Virus record (IMG/VR): IMGVR_UViG_3300017917_001342
Location: 62,001 to 126,000 of that record
Length of the DNA: 64,000 nucleotides
Reading direction: 5' to 3' (one strand)
Below, piece by piece: positions 48,678 through 61,378 of this stretch (positions are counted from its first letter, which is position 1; each line of letters opens with the position of its first letter). The translations under genes and the position numbers were made by a program. The notes under the pieces are model-generated. The model was given only the letters and a program-made list of their open reading frames with translations, ran no database searches and was not told the DNA's origin.

Positions 48678-51600
48678 CTCCAGTTCCCAATCGACACATT
48701 GCTGCCTACTACACTGATATTACCAATCGGATACAGTTTCATCCATGTACCAGGTGTTACGTTGTATACAGTAGGCGTACCAGTATCTAAACTGATCTGT
48801 GGTGTCAGTGTGCCACCTGTACCTACTCCGATTGTACCAACAATACGGAACATAAAGTTATATGGACCGTTTCCTGGGTTAGCAATGAATGTTGTCAGAG
48901 TACTAAAGTTTGAGTATATTGTAGCACCCATCATTGTTGCAGTTGCAATAACAACATTACTAGCTGCTACCTTACCTGTTGTGATATAATCGTGTTCTGT
49001 CAACACTGCTGTACCACCTAATGAAAACTGCAAACCGGAACCATTTGCACCATCTCTGTTAACACTGCCTGCAATTTCATACTTGTATCTGGTACCACCG
49101 GATACTGCAACACTTTGTCCAAACAAACTCACTGCACTTGGTTGTGCGACTAGCGGTAGATTGCGAACGCTGCCTAATTGGAATATCTGCTCTGTTGGTA
49201 TAACACCGCGTTGACTGTCGCTAGGTGTACCATAGAACATGTAACCATCATAGTTAACAACCCCTGCTTGAGTTGGAGTAAGTAATGAAGTTGCTGCTGT
49301 AAACTTCAATGGATACTGCGACGCAGTGCCTGCACTTAATGTAATTGACTGTGCATAGACATTGCCACTTATACCAACACCGCCGGCAACTGTTAATGCA
49401 CCTGTTGTAGTAGATGTTGCAGTATTTGTGCTATTGATAACAACATTCTGACCAAATACACCATAGACATTTGATACTAGTGCATTTACTGTTGCAGTGC
49501 CTATGGAATTAACAGTACCACTAGTGATAATAGTGTTACTGATCATACTGCCAGCTTGAACAAATGTACCAACAGTTACATTGTTTGCATATGCGCTGGC
49601 ATTGGTTACTAAGCTATTGACTCTAGCTTGACCTACGGCTTGTATTGTACTGTTACTGTTAACTACTGCACCTTGCAGTATAGTAGTTGCAGATACAGTT
49701 GGCGCAGTAACGCTGGTATTTCCTGTGACTGAATCAGCAATAACACTACCAACAGCTTGAATGCTAGTGTTGCTGTTAATCGCAGCACCAACTATTCTAG
49801 TAGTACCTTGAACTGTTGTACCAGTTACAACACCGTTGCTTATCACACTGGCAAACTGTGCAACGCCACTGGTATTAACTGTTGAACCAAATATATTTGC
49901 ATTGCTTATGAGACTTGCAACTGTTGTTAAGCCTGTTGATTGCAAGTTGGTTGCAACTACATTGGTGTTGCTGTTCAAACTGTTTACAACTGCAATACCA
50001 GTTACATTTAAGCTTGGAGTTGTAACAATTGTATTACTTACAAAACTATCCACCAACGCTAAATCAGTTGTATTGAGAGTTTGAGTTGTAATACCCAGAT
50101 TATTAACCATTGTGCTGATTCTAGCAATGCCTGTTACTTGCATTGTAGATGTAGTAGCAGTTGTATTAACAACCATACTCTGTGCAGTCAGTGTTGCAAT
50201 GCTCTGTATTGCAGTATTAGCAACGAGTTTATCGGTTCTAACTGTATCTAGTATGTTGACCCTTGATGTAGTAATATCTAGATTACTGACAATACTGTTT
50301 GCCTGTGCAGCACCTGCTACGTTGAGAGTTTGACCAAATATAGTGCTGTTTGTAATAGAATTTTGCGCATAGGCAACACCTATCACATTTAAATTATTCT
50401 GAATGCCTGCACTGCCTGCAACATTGAGATTAGTCAATGCACCTAATGTAGTAATACTAGTCTGGCTAGCTTGTGCAACAGTACCGTTAAATCTTAACGC
50501 TGTTACAGTAACAGCATTTAAGTTACCTGCGTTGACATTGCCAGTAGCAGACACTGTACCTGATACTTGTACTTTGTCTGTACCATTATCTGCGCCGCCA
50601 AATACCCAACGACCACCTTGTGTAACAAACGCTGCAATATTACCTGCATAGGATCCGCCTGTGTGGAATTTTATCTGCTTGCCTACAGTATCAGTACCAA
50701 TTGTTAGGTTACCGCCGTTATTATAAACATATGCATCTAACGGACCACCTATACCATATTCTGTGACGTTATAGGTACTGCTGTTAACACCTATGTCTAT
50801 ATAGTTAACAGTGTCATCACCAGTATCTGCGGTTGCAACAATGTCAGAACTAGACTGGCTATCGTTACTGATATTTTGTATTGTAAGCTGTTGTGTACCA
50901 ATAACATCGCCTGTTATCTGTAATAACGCATTTTGGAATATAACCGGCGGTGCTGTGCCTATTAACACATTGCTAGATACATATGCAGTAGTACTATGTA
51001 AATCACCAGATACAAATATGTTACCCGGTTCTATAATGTCTTTGTTAAAGTTCCAGCTATCGTTGCTAGCAGTATACAGCATGCTAGCAGCAACTTGGCT
51101 ATTACCTAGCACAAATCCGCCTAAATTCATAGAGCTTGTGTTAGTAGCGCCGTTTGCTGCGTAAATTACTCGGTTAGTAACTTGCAAATCTGTAGATGTT
51201 GTAGCGGTGATGTTACCAGTTACTGTAAGGTTGCCAACTGTTAAGTTTCCAAAGAATGGATTACTAGTTGGTGCAAGATCCTGTGGTAGACTAAGTTGTA
51301 CGTTGCCAGTATTACCACTTACTGTGATTTGATTAGGTGCACCGTATATCTGTCTGACACCTGTGTTGTTAATACTAACTGAATAATTTGGTCCTGGAAT
51401 TACACTGATACCGGCACCCGCCGAAACATTACTGACCCCTGCTGTGGTAATGTTACTACCGTCGCTGAACACAATGCCTTTTAGTGCAACAACATTACCT
51501 GAGAACTGTGTAGCACCATATATCTGCGTGTTACCATATGTAGCAAGTGAACCTTGAGTAACAGTGTTACCGTAGCTAATTAAATTACCAAACGTAATTA

Positions 51601-52414
51601 AATTACCATAACTTGTACCAGTTCCGTATACAATAGAATTACCATTAACGGTTATGTCTGTACTAATGTTGACATTTGAAATTAATCTAATACCGTCGTT
51701 GTCAAATGCTGCAATTTTTGCAATTATGTTACTACCTTTTGGAGTAGTCCATATTTCTACATTACTACCGCGTGTAGTACCTGTTTGATTTTCACTTGCT
51801 AGAAAATCAATTCTAGCAGTGCTTAAGGGTGCAAAGCCCGGTCCATTACCCGGTCCGCCACTACTGGCATAGGGATTAGCACCAACTCTTGCAACAATTT
51901 CACCTGCTAATACCTGTAATGGTACTGTTGCTGTACCGTTAGCGCCTCGACCTATAAATGCAGAGTATGTACCAGTACCATAACTGTCGTTATAAATTCT
52001 ACTAGTAGAACCATCGTTACCTGTTACTTGTAACATAACACCTGTGTTAAGTGGTGATACAGTAGCACCGCTTTGATTTCCTATTATTGTAACGGCCGGT
52101 GTGTTGGGATTTAGTGTAACATTACTGCGAACTCTTACAGTACCAATTGGGTCAATTTGGAATATGTCATATAAACCAGTTGAATTGTTAACAGCTAACC
52201 CACCTCGATTAATAGTAAACAAGTTGCTGCTGTTTATCGATATTTCAGTTGGTGGTACAGAATTATTAGGGTTGCTTAATATTATACTATGGCTTCCTAT
52301 ATACAGGTTACCAAATGTATTTGTGTTGCTGCCTAGGTTAGCAACGTTGCTTGTTGGTACAATGTCACCGTTGAGCGAAACAGTCCCTACAAGTTTGTTG
52401 GTTATGTAGCTCAT
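48674..52414 (-). CDS. Long tail fibre / structural fibre protein
   Basis: 1246 aa; Asn/Thr/Gly/Val-rich beta repeats; [15 protein letters not shown] motif. Confidence 0.8.
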   Translation of the reverse strand: MSYITNKLVGTVSLNGDIVPTSNVANLGSNTNTFGNLYIGSHSIILSNPNNSVPPTEISINSSNLFTINRGGLAVNNSTGLYDIFQIDPIGTVRVRSNVTLNPNTPAVTIIGNQSGATVSPLNTGVMLQVTGNDGSTSRIYNDSYGTGTYSAFIGRGANGTATVPLQVLAGEIVARVGANPYASSGGPGNGPGFAPLSTARIDFLASENQTGTTRGSNVEIWTTPKGSNIIAKIAAFDNDGIRLISNVNISTDITVNGNSIVYGTGTSYGNLITFGNLISYGNTVTQGSLATYGNTQIYGATQFSGNVVALKGIVFSDGSNITTAGVSNVSAGAGISVIPGPNYSVSINNTGVRQIYGAPNQITVSGNTGNVQLSLPQDLAPTSNPFFGNLTVGNLTVTGNITATTSTDLQVTNRVIYAANGATNTSSMNLGGFVLGNSQVAASMLYTASNDSWNFNKDIIEPGNIFVSGDLHSTTAYVSSNVLIGTAPPVIFQNALLQITGDVIGTQQLTIQNISNDSQSSSDIVATADTGDDTVNYIDIGVNSSTYNVTEYGIGGPLDAYVYNNGGNLTIGTDTVGKQIKFHTGGSYAGNIAAFVTQGGRWVFGGADNGTDKVQVSGTVSATGNVNAGNLNAVTVTALRFNGTVAQASQTSITTLGALTNLNVAGSAGIQNNLNVIGVAYAQNSITNSTIFGQTLNVAGAAQANSIVSNLDITTSRVNILDTVRTDKLVANTAIQSIATLTAQSMVVNTTATTSTMQVTGIARISTMVNNLGITTQTLNTTDLALVDSFVSNTIVTTPSLNVTGIAVVNSLNSNTNVVATNLQSTGLTTVASLISNANIFGSTVNTSGVAQFASVISNGVVTGTTVQGTTRIVGAAINSNTSIQAVGSVIADSVTGNTSVTAPTVSATTILQGAVVNSNSTIQAVGQARVNSLVTNASAYANNVTVGTFVQAGSMISNTIITSGTVNSIGTATVNALVSNVYGVFGQNVVINSTNTATSTTTGALTVAGGVGISGNVYAQSITLSAGTASQYPLKFTAATSLLTPTQAGVVNYDGYMFYGTPSDSQRGVIPTEQIFQLGSVRNLPLVAQPSAVSLFGQSVAVSGGTRYKYEIAGSVNRDGANGSGLQFSLGGTAVLTEHDYITTGKVAASNVVIATATMMGATIYSNFSTLTTFIANPGNGPYNFMFRIVGTIGVGTGGTLTPQISLDTGTPTVYNVTPGTWMKLYPIGNISVVGSNVSIGNWS

Positions 52415-52415
52415 G

Positions 52416-54845
<2,430 letters not shown>

Positions 54846-54883
54846 GTCAATATTTATGCGGAGGACAGTTTATAAATATTACC

Positions 54884-55552
54884 ATGGCAGCTATATTCAA
54901 CGACACACAACCGCTTTATACCACTCCTGCATTAGAATGGTTAAATGAAAATCTAGACCCAACCTGGACTGTATTCGAATACGGCGGAGGTGGTAGTACA
55001 GAATACTGGAGTAAAAACTGTGCAGAAGTTTTTACTGTTGATCACAGCGACAATTGGTACAATAGTCTCTATCGAGCAGACAACACCGATGCAGCTCTAG
55101 TAAAATCTAATGAACCGATTCATCCGGACGCAGAGGAATTAGACAGACAATTCTGGGAACAGAATTTCTCATTGCCGATTAAAGAAAATGAATCTCCGAT
55201 GTACAACGAATTTCATGGTCTGTTGAATCATGAATTTCGCGGATACGCCAGCACAATTTGCCGTTTTCCACATGCGTATTTTGATGTCATAGTAGTAGAC
55301 GGCCTTGCTAGAAGTCTTTGCCTGTGGTATGCGTATCATATGATAGAATTAAGAGGCACAATAATATTAGATAACAGTTGTAGGCCAGCTTATAATGATT
55401 TACAATGCTGGTTAATACAACAGGGATTTAATAGAATTGATTTTTGGCAACCTGGTCATCACGGATACTGTACAAGCATATTCAATAGGTCATTCCCACA
55501 GACTCCGGAACCTTATCGTAGAGAACCAGGCACAGGTGACCTCGGATGGTAA
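54884..55552 (+). CDS. SAM-dependent methyltransferase-like protein
   Basis: VFEYGGGGST, FDVIVVDG..R, IILDNS. Confidence 0.72.
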   Translation: MAAIFNDTQPLYTTPALEWLNENLDPTWTVFEYGGGGSTEYWSKNCAEVFTVDHSDNWYNSLYRADNTDAALVKSNEPIHPDAEELDRQFWEQNFSLPIKENESPMYNEFHGLLNHEFRGYASTICRFPHAYFDVIVVDGLARSLCLWYAYHMIELRGTIILDNSCRPAYNDLQCWLIQQGFNRIDFWQPGHHGYCTSIFNRSFPQTPEPYRREPGTGDLGW

Positions 55553-55555
55553 TCA

Positions 55556-56278
55556 ATGATATTGATTACCAGCGGTTGCAGCTTTAGCGAGTGCATTAGC
55601 AGTCACATAACAACTTGGCCCGGACATCTTGCAGAAAAATTACACTGCGAGCATGTGTCTCTTGGGTTAGGGTCACAGGGCAACGGATTAATCAGCAGAA
55701 AACTGTTGTACCAAGTACATCAACTGCTCAAAACACACAGCCCAGACGATTTACTAGTAGGTGTTATGTGGTCTCATCCAAACAGATGGGAATATTATCA
55801 AGACGTTAGACAAGAGTTTGAGTCTAATATAGACGGCTGGCAGTACAATCCAACCAGTGTAGCTGACTACAGCAATGGCGGATGGGTTATAACCAATCAT
55901 CATTGGCGGCATAAACTTTCTAATACCTATTACAAACTATATTACAATCACGTTTATGCACAGTTGCAGACACTTGAGCATATTTTACGTGTACAATGGT
56001 ATCTTAAACAGCAGAACATTCGTTACTTTATGAGTAACATAACTTCGCATGTGTTTGATGAACAAAGTATGCAAGATACAGAATGCCAACATCTTAGAGA
56101 AATGATAGATTGGACTAAATTTTTACCGTGCGACGGTGAATACGAATGGTGTAGAGACAACACTATCTATTCATTTAAACCGGGCGACAATCATCCCACT
56201 ACAAAAATGCATGAAGAATTTGTAAACCGTATGATTGTACCGTGGTTAGATACAACCTACGATATCAAGTGTGCATAG
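55556..56278 (+). CDS. SGNH/GDSL-like hypothetical protein
   Basis: GCSFS, G.GN, VMWS...R, HPT...H. Confidence 0.55.
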   Translation: MILITSGCSFSECISSHITTWPGHLAEKLHCEHVSLGLGSQGNGLISRKLLYQVHQLLKTHSPDDLLVGVMWSHPNRWEYYQDVRQEFESNIDGWQYNPTSVADYSNGGWVITNHHWRHKLSNTYYKLYYNHVYAQLQTLEHILRVQWYLKQQNIRYFMSNITSHVFDEQSMQDTECQHLREMIDWTKFLPCDGEYEWCRDNTIYSFKPGDNHPTTKMHEEFVNRMIVPWLDTTYDIKCA

Positions 56279-56492
56279 CAACAGCCATCTTGTATGCATC
56301 GTAGGCAAGTTTAACTTCGGGATTGGAATCACGTAATAGTTGTTCTTGTAATTCGCGGGCTCGGTGATCATCAATCCATTTGATAAGATTTTTAAAATGT
56401 TCTGTGTGTGATATATTCAATGTTTGACCGCCATAGGTGTCGCTAAGAGTTACTGTTAAATATTCGTCACCGTATACAGTCTTTATTGTCAT
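56265..56492 (-). CDS. Small hypothetical protein
   Basis: ORF track; GAGG RBS. Confidence 0.65.
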   Translation of the reverse strand: MTIKTVYGDEYLTVTLSDTYGGQTLNISHTEHFKNLIKWIDDHRARELQEQLLRDSNPEVKLAYDAYKMAVAMHT

Positions 56493-56578
56493 AATGCCCT
56501 CATTGTATTACACAGTTTAAAGACTGTGTTTATGGTAGTCAATAACACTAAATATCTCACGAATATAATGGATTTAGC

Positions 56579-57550
56579 ATGCGTTACTATGAGATTGCAA
56601 CAACTGAAAGTTTTCAAGAGTTAGATGAAGACTTAAAAAGCAAACTAGCAAAGTTAGCTAAACTAGGGGCCGCTGCCGGTACAGCAGCAACTCTTGGCTA
56701 TGGTGCAGGTGTTGCCACAAACCAACCCAGAGTAATACAGCAAACTCCTGCAAGTATAATGCGTGACATGCCTGCTGGACCAGATGAACCTGCTGGCTAC
56801 ACTGTAGACAAAAAAGACACTGCATTGTCAACTTCGCTTAGACCTAAACCACGACCTGCAGATTTGTCAGCACCTGCTGGCAAAGGTACAGCAGCAAAGC
56901 CAGCAGATAACAAAGTTAACGTTCTTACACCTGGTCCGGATACCGTTCGTCCACAGCCAAGACCTTGGACCAAAGATATGATGACGGTTGATCCAAAACT
57001 ACAAGCCGCTGCCGATGCTGCAAATGCACCTAACATGGTAGATAATGTAAGCGACAATGTCGAAGTTGAAAACATGCTAAGAGACGCAGCCAAAAAAGCA
57101 GGTATGACGGACGTTGAAATACGTGCATTTTTAGCACAGGCAAATCACGAAAGCCATAATTTCAACAGTACTAAAGAATATGGCACTAAACGCTACTTTA
57201 GACACAACTATGATATCAGGCACAATCCGCGAGTAGCTAAACTATTAGGGAACACCGAACCAGGTGATGGTGTAAAATATCACGGCCGCGGATACCTACA
57301 GATCACAGGTCGTTACAACTATGCGGCTGCTGGAGAAGCACTGGGATTACCTCTGTTAGATCAACCAGAACTGCTAGAAGATCCAAAAATAGCAGCCGAA
57401 GCATCTGTATGGTTCTGGATGTGGAGAGTTCATCAAAATGTACGTAACATGTATGATGTTAAAGAAGTAACCTACATGATAAACAAAGAGTTAACCGATC
57501 TTGAGAAGCGCGAAGAACTGTTTGACCTTTACAAAAATCTCAAAGTTTGA
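56579..57550 (+). CDS. Glycoside hydrolase family 19 (lysozyme/chitinase-like), probably virion-associated
   Basis: FLAQANHES, LGNT.PGDG..YHGRGYLQITGRYNY; late promoter upstream. Confidence 0.85.
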   Translation: MRYYEIATTESFQELDEDLKSKLAKLAKLGAAAGTAATLGYGAGVATNQPRVIQQTPASIMRDMPAGPDEPAGYTVDKKDTALSTSLRPKPRPADLSAPAGKGTAAKPADNKVNVLTPGPDTVRPQPRPWTKDMMTVDPKLQAAADAANAPNMVDNVSDNVEVENMLRDAAKKAGMTDVEIRAFLAQANHESHNFNSTKEYGTKRYFRHNYDIRHNPRVAKLLGNTEPGDGVKYHGRGYLQITGRYNYAAAGEALGLPLLDQPELLEDPKIAAEASVWFWMWRVHQNVRNMYDVKEVTYMINKELTDLEKREELFDLYKNLKV

Positions 57551-57597
57551 TGTTGACATTGAGATAATATTCAACTAAGTTATACACATAACGGTTT

Positions 57598-57674
57598 GGG
57601 GGGTTAGCTCAATTGGTTAGAGCGTCGGACTCATAATCCGCAGGTTATCGGTTCGAGTCCGGTACCCCCTACCA
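57598..57674 (+). tRNA. tRNA with CAT anticodon (probably Ile2, otherwise elongator Met)
   Basis: Full cloverleaf, CTCATAA loop, TTCGA, CCA end. Confidence 0.88.
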
Positions 57675-57679
57675 AAACT

Positions 57680-57754
57680 GCGTATGTGGTCCAGACAGAT
57701 GGGCACAGGATTCTAAACCCTAGGAGGCAGGCGCAATACCTGTCATGCGCACCA
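57680..57754 (+). tRNA. Amber-suppressor-type tRNA (anticodon CTA), atypical
   Basis: Acceptor GCGTATG/CATGCGC-A-CCA; D stem GTCC/GGGC; loop TT-CTA-AA at canonical spacing; T stem GCAGG/CCTGT. The anticodon stem has only 3 of 5 pairs. Confidence 0.65.
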
Positions 57755-57787
57755 TAAATAAAACAGTGTTTAAGGAGATATAACACC

Positions 57788-58420
57788 ATGTCGTAGATTG
57801 AAATTGCCTGTAACGATTTAGTATTCCACTTTAATAAAAAACACTTAGAAGATCCCACTATTCCTATGTGGGTTGTCAAGGCCAAAGGCGAAACCTATTA
57901 CGTTCATCATGTCACTAGCGACATGCCTTGGTCTACTAAAGAAACTCCAAACAACGCCAGTACCAAAGGCAGCATCAAATTTAAAAAGTGTCATCTTATC
58001 ATTGATGACAACAACGAAGCTACAATTAAGCCGTTGACTATGCTTAATGCAATGCGCCTCAAAAAAACCGAGCCTAAGAAGATTCGGTTGATTATGGACT
58101 ATCGTAAGCACATAGACGAATTTATCGAATATTGCGACGAACAAAATATTCAACACGACGGTGTACATATACTTCCTGGCAGTTGCGGTTCTAGATACTA
58201 TGCAACAGAAATCAAAGAAGATGATCTATTGCTGTTGCGTATGTGGTTCCCACCGAAGATGTTTAGAGAATTGATGCCTAACGAGTATCTCTACAGCTAC
58301 TACGATAAGCATGCTGCGGGTGTTGAACCACCAGACTACGACGATGATGACTACGAAGATGATCTCGATGACGATACAGACGAAACGGTCACATCATACG
58401 AAGATCTCTATGAAAACTAA
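57788..58420 (+). CDS. Hypothetical protein with an in-frame TAG at codon 3 (MS*IEIACNDLVFHFNKKHLEDPTIPMWVVK...)
   Basis: TAAGGAG RBS at 57771-57777, ATG 57788, TAG 57794-57796; same frame as ORF 57866-58420. Confidence 0.7.
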
Positions 58421-58541
58421 GTAAAATCTGTCAACCAAAGAAAAAATTGTAAAAATTCCAGTATTTGGTTGACATATTTGTTATCGGCTGTATAAATAGA
58501 ATTGTTGACGCAGATAATTGCGTTGACCAAATAGGTTGGAA

Positions 58542-58685
58542 ATGAAACAAGAACTACTCATTAAAAGTTTATTGCAATGCGGTTATTGCGCCAAGCCACA
58601 GGCATGGCATGCGTATCCTCGTAGCATTATGACAAATAATGATCGCGTGGAGTTTTCAACAAGTGGGGTGGGGCGGATGGCCTAG
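58542..58685 (+). CDS. Putative leader peptide (47 aa, ends in TAG)
   Basis: Manual translation; follows promoters at ~58469-58500; precedes a terminator. Confidence 0.4.
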   Translation: MKQELLIKSLLQCGYCAKPQAWHAYPRSIMTNNDRVEFSTSGVGRMA

Positions 58686-58715
58686 CAGCGTAAGCAGCAA
58701 AGTAATCCAAAGCAC

Positions 58716-58745
58716 CCCGGGAATCGAAAGATTTCCGGGTTTTTT
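58716..58745 (+). terminator. Intrinsic terminator / possible attenuator
   Basis: CCCGGGAATC-GAAA-GATTTCCGGG followed by a T-run. Confidence 0.8.
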
Positions 58746-58987
58746 AATGAAACAAGGGAAGTATACTCCCTTCTTACTGTAGGTAAGTGTTGCGAAAGCA
58801 GCGTCCCATATAGGGAAAAAGCGTAGCTGACATTGAGTTGTGGTGATTGTATACTGTGCATGTGGATAAACCCCAGTGGCGATAACGCAGGGGAGAATAC
58901 ATGTGGTAGGTAAAAGACTACCTTGCGCCAACTCCCGAATTGCTGGGGCTTATAGGCGCGATTACAAATGGCAACCTTATTTTTTAC

Positions 58988-59071
58988 GCCCAGATGGTGG
59001 AACGGTAGACACACTGTCTTCAGGTGGCAGCGCCGAAAGGCATGTGAGTTCGAATCTCACTCTGGGCACCA
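58988..59071 (+). tRNA. tRNA-Leu(CAG)
   Basis: Cloverleaf with variable arm; TT-CAG-GT loop; CCA end. Confidence 0.92.
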
Positions 59072-59129
59072 AATTTGACAATAGCAAACACATAACACAC
59101 TATGTTAATGTAATTGCTGAGTAGATGTA

Positions 59130-59717
59130 ATGATTGAAAAATACATTCCTAAGTTTCTAGATACACTGTATGACAAACCTATACTGGATTTTTTCACACT
59201 TGAAGAGATTCGTGATGCGTTTCATTCAAATCAGATCATTAGCAAGAAACAAGCTGCAATTGCATTCAAGCATCTGCCTAAACAGACAAGAAATGTTCTG
59301 TATATAGGTTCGTGGATAGGGTTTTTAACGCATTACATTTGCGATAATTATCCGGATACATCAGTAACCGAACTAGACTTAGATGAACGGTGCAAACCAA
59401 TAAGCAAACGCTTTAATCAACAGTTTAGTAACTATATAGAATCATACACAGGTGATGTGTTTGACTTCGATAAGTTTGTTGACTATGACACAGTTATTAA
59501 CTTAAGCTGTGAACACATGTCTACAGACTGGTTTGATTTAATACCCGATGGTACAGACGTTGTGTTGCAATCAAATAACTTTGAAATACCACAACATACA
59601 AATACCTGCAAAACACTAAAAGAAATGTGTTGCAAGTATCCATTGTCGACTGTATATTACATAGACGAAATTGAACTTAACGTATACAGTCGTTTTACGT
59701 TAGCTGGCAAGAAATAA
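59130..59717 (+). CDS. SAM-dependent methyltransferase-like protein
   Basis: YIGSWIG, LDLD, INLSCEHM, LQSNN. Confidence 0.7.
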   Translation: MIEKYIPKFLDTLYDKPILDFFTLEEIRDAFHSNQIISKKQAAIAFKHLPKQTRNVLYIGSWIGFLTHYICDNYPDTSVTELDLDERCKPISKRFNQQFSNYIESYTGDVFDFDKFVDYDTVINLSCEHMSTDWFDLIPDGTDVVLQSNNFEIPQHTNTCKTLKEMCCKYPLSTVYYIDEIELNVYSRFTLAGKK

Positions 59718-59724
59718 ACAAAAT

Positions 59725-59798
59725 GGCCCGGTGGCGGAAAGGCTACGCACCGGATTGCAAATCCGAGTATGGGGGTTCGATTCCCTCCCGGGCCTCCA
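59725..59798 (+). tRNA. tRNA-Cys(GCA)
   Basis: Cloverleaf; U73; CCA end. Confidence 0.92.
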
Positions 59799-59889
59799 AT
59801 CGTACAGTAGTTGTAGAGACCATTCAGCGTATGCCGAGTAGTAAGGGCACAGCGGGAATGAGACACGGCTACTGTGCATGACGTTTTGA

Positions 59890-60089
59890 TAAGTTAAAAG
59901 CAATTTGCGTGCCGGAACTGGTATACGGCGGTGTGGTCTAAGCCAATATGGATAGGGTGTGTAATGCTAATAAACACCTTTGCGCTCGTTGATGTACAAA
60001 CATCCGATGGCGATAACTACCGGTGCTGAACAGCGCAACGTAACAGCACAGTGTTGGTTCGATCCCAACTGCAAATTGTTTTTAACTTA
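59890..60089 (+). ncRNA. tRNA-scaffold ncRNA with a ~105-nt insert and a 19-bp closing stem, no CCA
   Basis: D-arm CCGGAACTGGTATACGG; T-arm GTTGG-TTCGATC-CCAAC; stem TAAGTTAAAAGCAATTTGC/GCAAATTGTTTTTAACTTA. Confidence 0.55.
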
Positions 60090-60156
60090 ACAAAAAAATG
60101 CTGTTGACAAGCCAAACATACGGTGCTAAGTTAACAATATGAAAACAAAACAAATG

Positions 60157-60186
60157 GTTAGCAGTTGCTAACAAGCTCTTTGAAAA
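60157..60186 (+). promoter_or_regulatory. rrn-like boxB hairpin plus boxA antitermination element
   Basis: GTTAGCA-GT-TGCTAAC hairpin, then GCTCTTTGAAAA, downstream of a TTGACA promoter (~60104). Confidence 0.55.
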
Positions 60187-60208
60187 TTAAATTCGGAAAC
60201 AGATGAAA

Positions 60209-60361
60209 TAATTCTGTTTTCAACAGTACAAGGGTTTTAAATTCATACCGGCCTTGGTAAGCTTGTATGAAGACCTGCTACAACCGGACGCCTACCAAGA
60301 GGTGACAAGGGAGAAGGTGCAACATAGGTGCGTTGCAATTGTACTGCTGAAAACAGAGTTA
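60209..60361 (+). ncRNA. Structured ncRNA closed by a ~22-bp stem
   Basis: ATTCTGTTTTCAACAGTACAA/TTGTACTGCTGAAAACAGAGT; internal hairpins and a possible CTTGGTA/TACCAAG pseudoknot. Confidence 0.55.
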
Positions 60362-60788
60362 ATGGTAGTTTGCTGTTAGTTCTAACAGCATTTGGTGATT
60401 AGACCTTGTAGATATAAGGTTACTAATAGCTAAACCAAAGTTAACTATGATTATAAAAGGTAATAGAATAGACCAAAGCTTTTTTAGCATTGTCTATTTA
60501 TAGGTTCAGACAGAATGCATGAGTTCACAGCGTTCTCTAGCGTAGGTATGTGGATACTACTGTGATTACTTAACCGTTCGAATCGGTGAGTCGACTAGGG
60601 CATGCATTTTGTTTGTTAGAATTGTGAGCGAGAGAAAGGCTGCATTGAGAGAACAGTTGTCTTTTACGGCATGTGGCAACACATTAGCTTAGGTTAGGCA
60701 TATGCTGTAGAAGGTGCAGTGGCTAGCTATCGAGCAAGTAAGCCTTATAGTTCAGCTATAAGCGTTAGATAGACACATAAAAATTTGT

Positions 60789-60823
60789 TGCGGGGTAGAG
60801 CAGTCTGGTAGCTCGCTTGGCTC
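60789..60823 (+). pseudogene. 5' half of tRNA-fMet, truncated at the anticodon loop
   Basis: TGCGGGGTAGAGCAGTCTGGTAGCTCGCTTGGCTC, then an abrupt switch to the late promoter and nuclease gene. Confidence 0.8.
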
Positions 60824-60841
60824 TGAAATGATAAATACACT

Positions 60842-61378
60842 ATGAAATATACAATTTATCAAATTACAAACACATTAAACGGTAAGATTTACATAGGTAA
60901 ACATCAAACCAAAAACATCAATGATGGATATTTTGGTAGTGGTGTAGCGTTAAGGAACGCTGTAAAGAAATATGGCAAAGAACACTTTGTAAAAGAAATA
61001 CTGTTTGTATTTGATTCTGAAAAAGAAATGAATGCAAAAGAACGAGAACTTATTACAGAAGAATTTGTAAACCGTGCAGATACTTATAATTTAGGTGTTG
61101 GCGGCGAAGGTGGCCCACACTTTAAAGGTAAGTCGCATTCTACAGAAAGCATTGCCAAGAGGACTGAAAGCCGAAAAGGCTTAAAATTGTCAGACGATGC
61201 AAGACAAAAGATATCCGAGTCTAATAGGCGTAGAACTATTAGCGATGAAACTAGAAAGAAACTTGCTGAAAAAGCAAGATTACGTAAACAAACAGACGAA
61301 ACTAAAAAGAAGCTATCAGAAATAGCTAAACGCAAATTATTGCGGGGTGGAGAAGAGGTTATCTCGTCGGGCTCATAA
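60842..61378 (+). mobile_element. Free-standing GIY-YIG homing endonuclease (Seg-like) with NUMOD3 repeats
   Basis: TIYQITN..NGKIYIGKH, YFGSG, E.E, YN...GG; repeats HSTES / SDDARQKISE / SDETRKKL. Confidence 0.88.

Noticed and set aside
57680-57754. Pyrrolysine tRNA or tRNA-Arg(TCT) reading
   Set aside because: It has A73 and normal arm spacing, unlike tRNA-Pyl, and there are no pyl genes in the window. The TCT register gives a worse anticodon stem.
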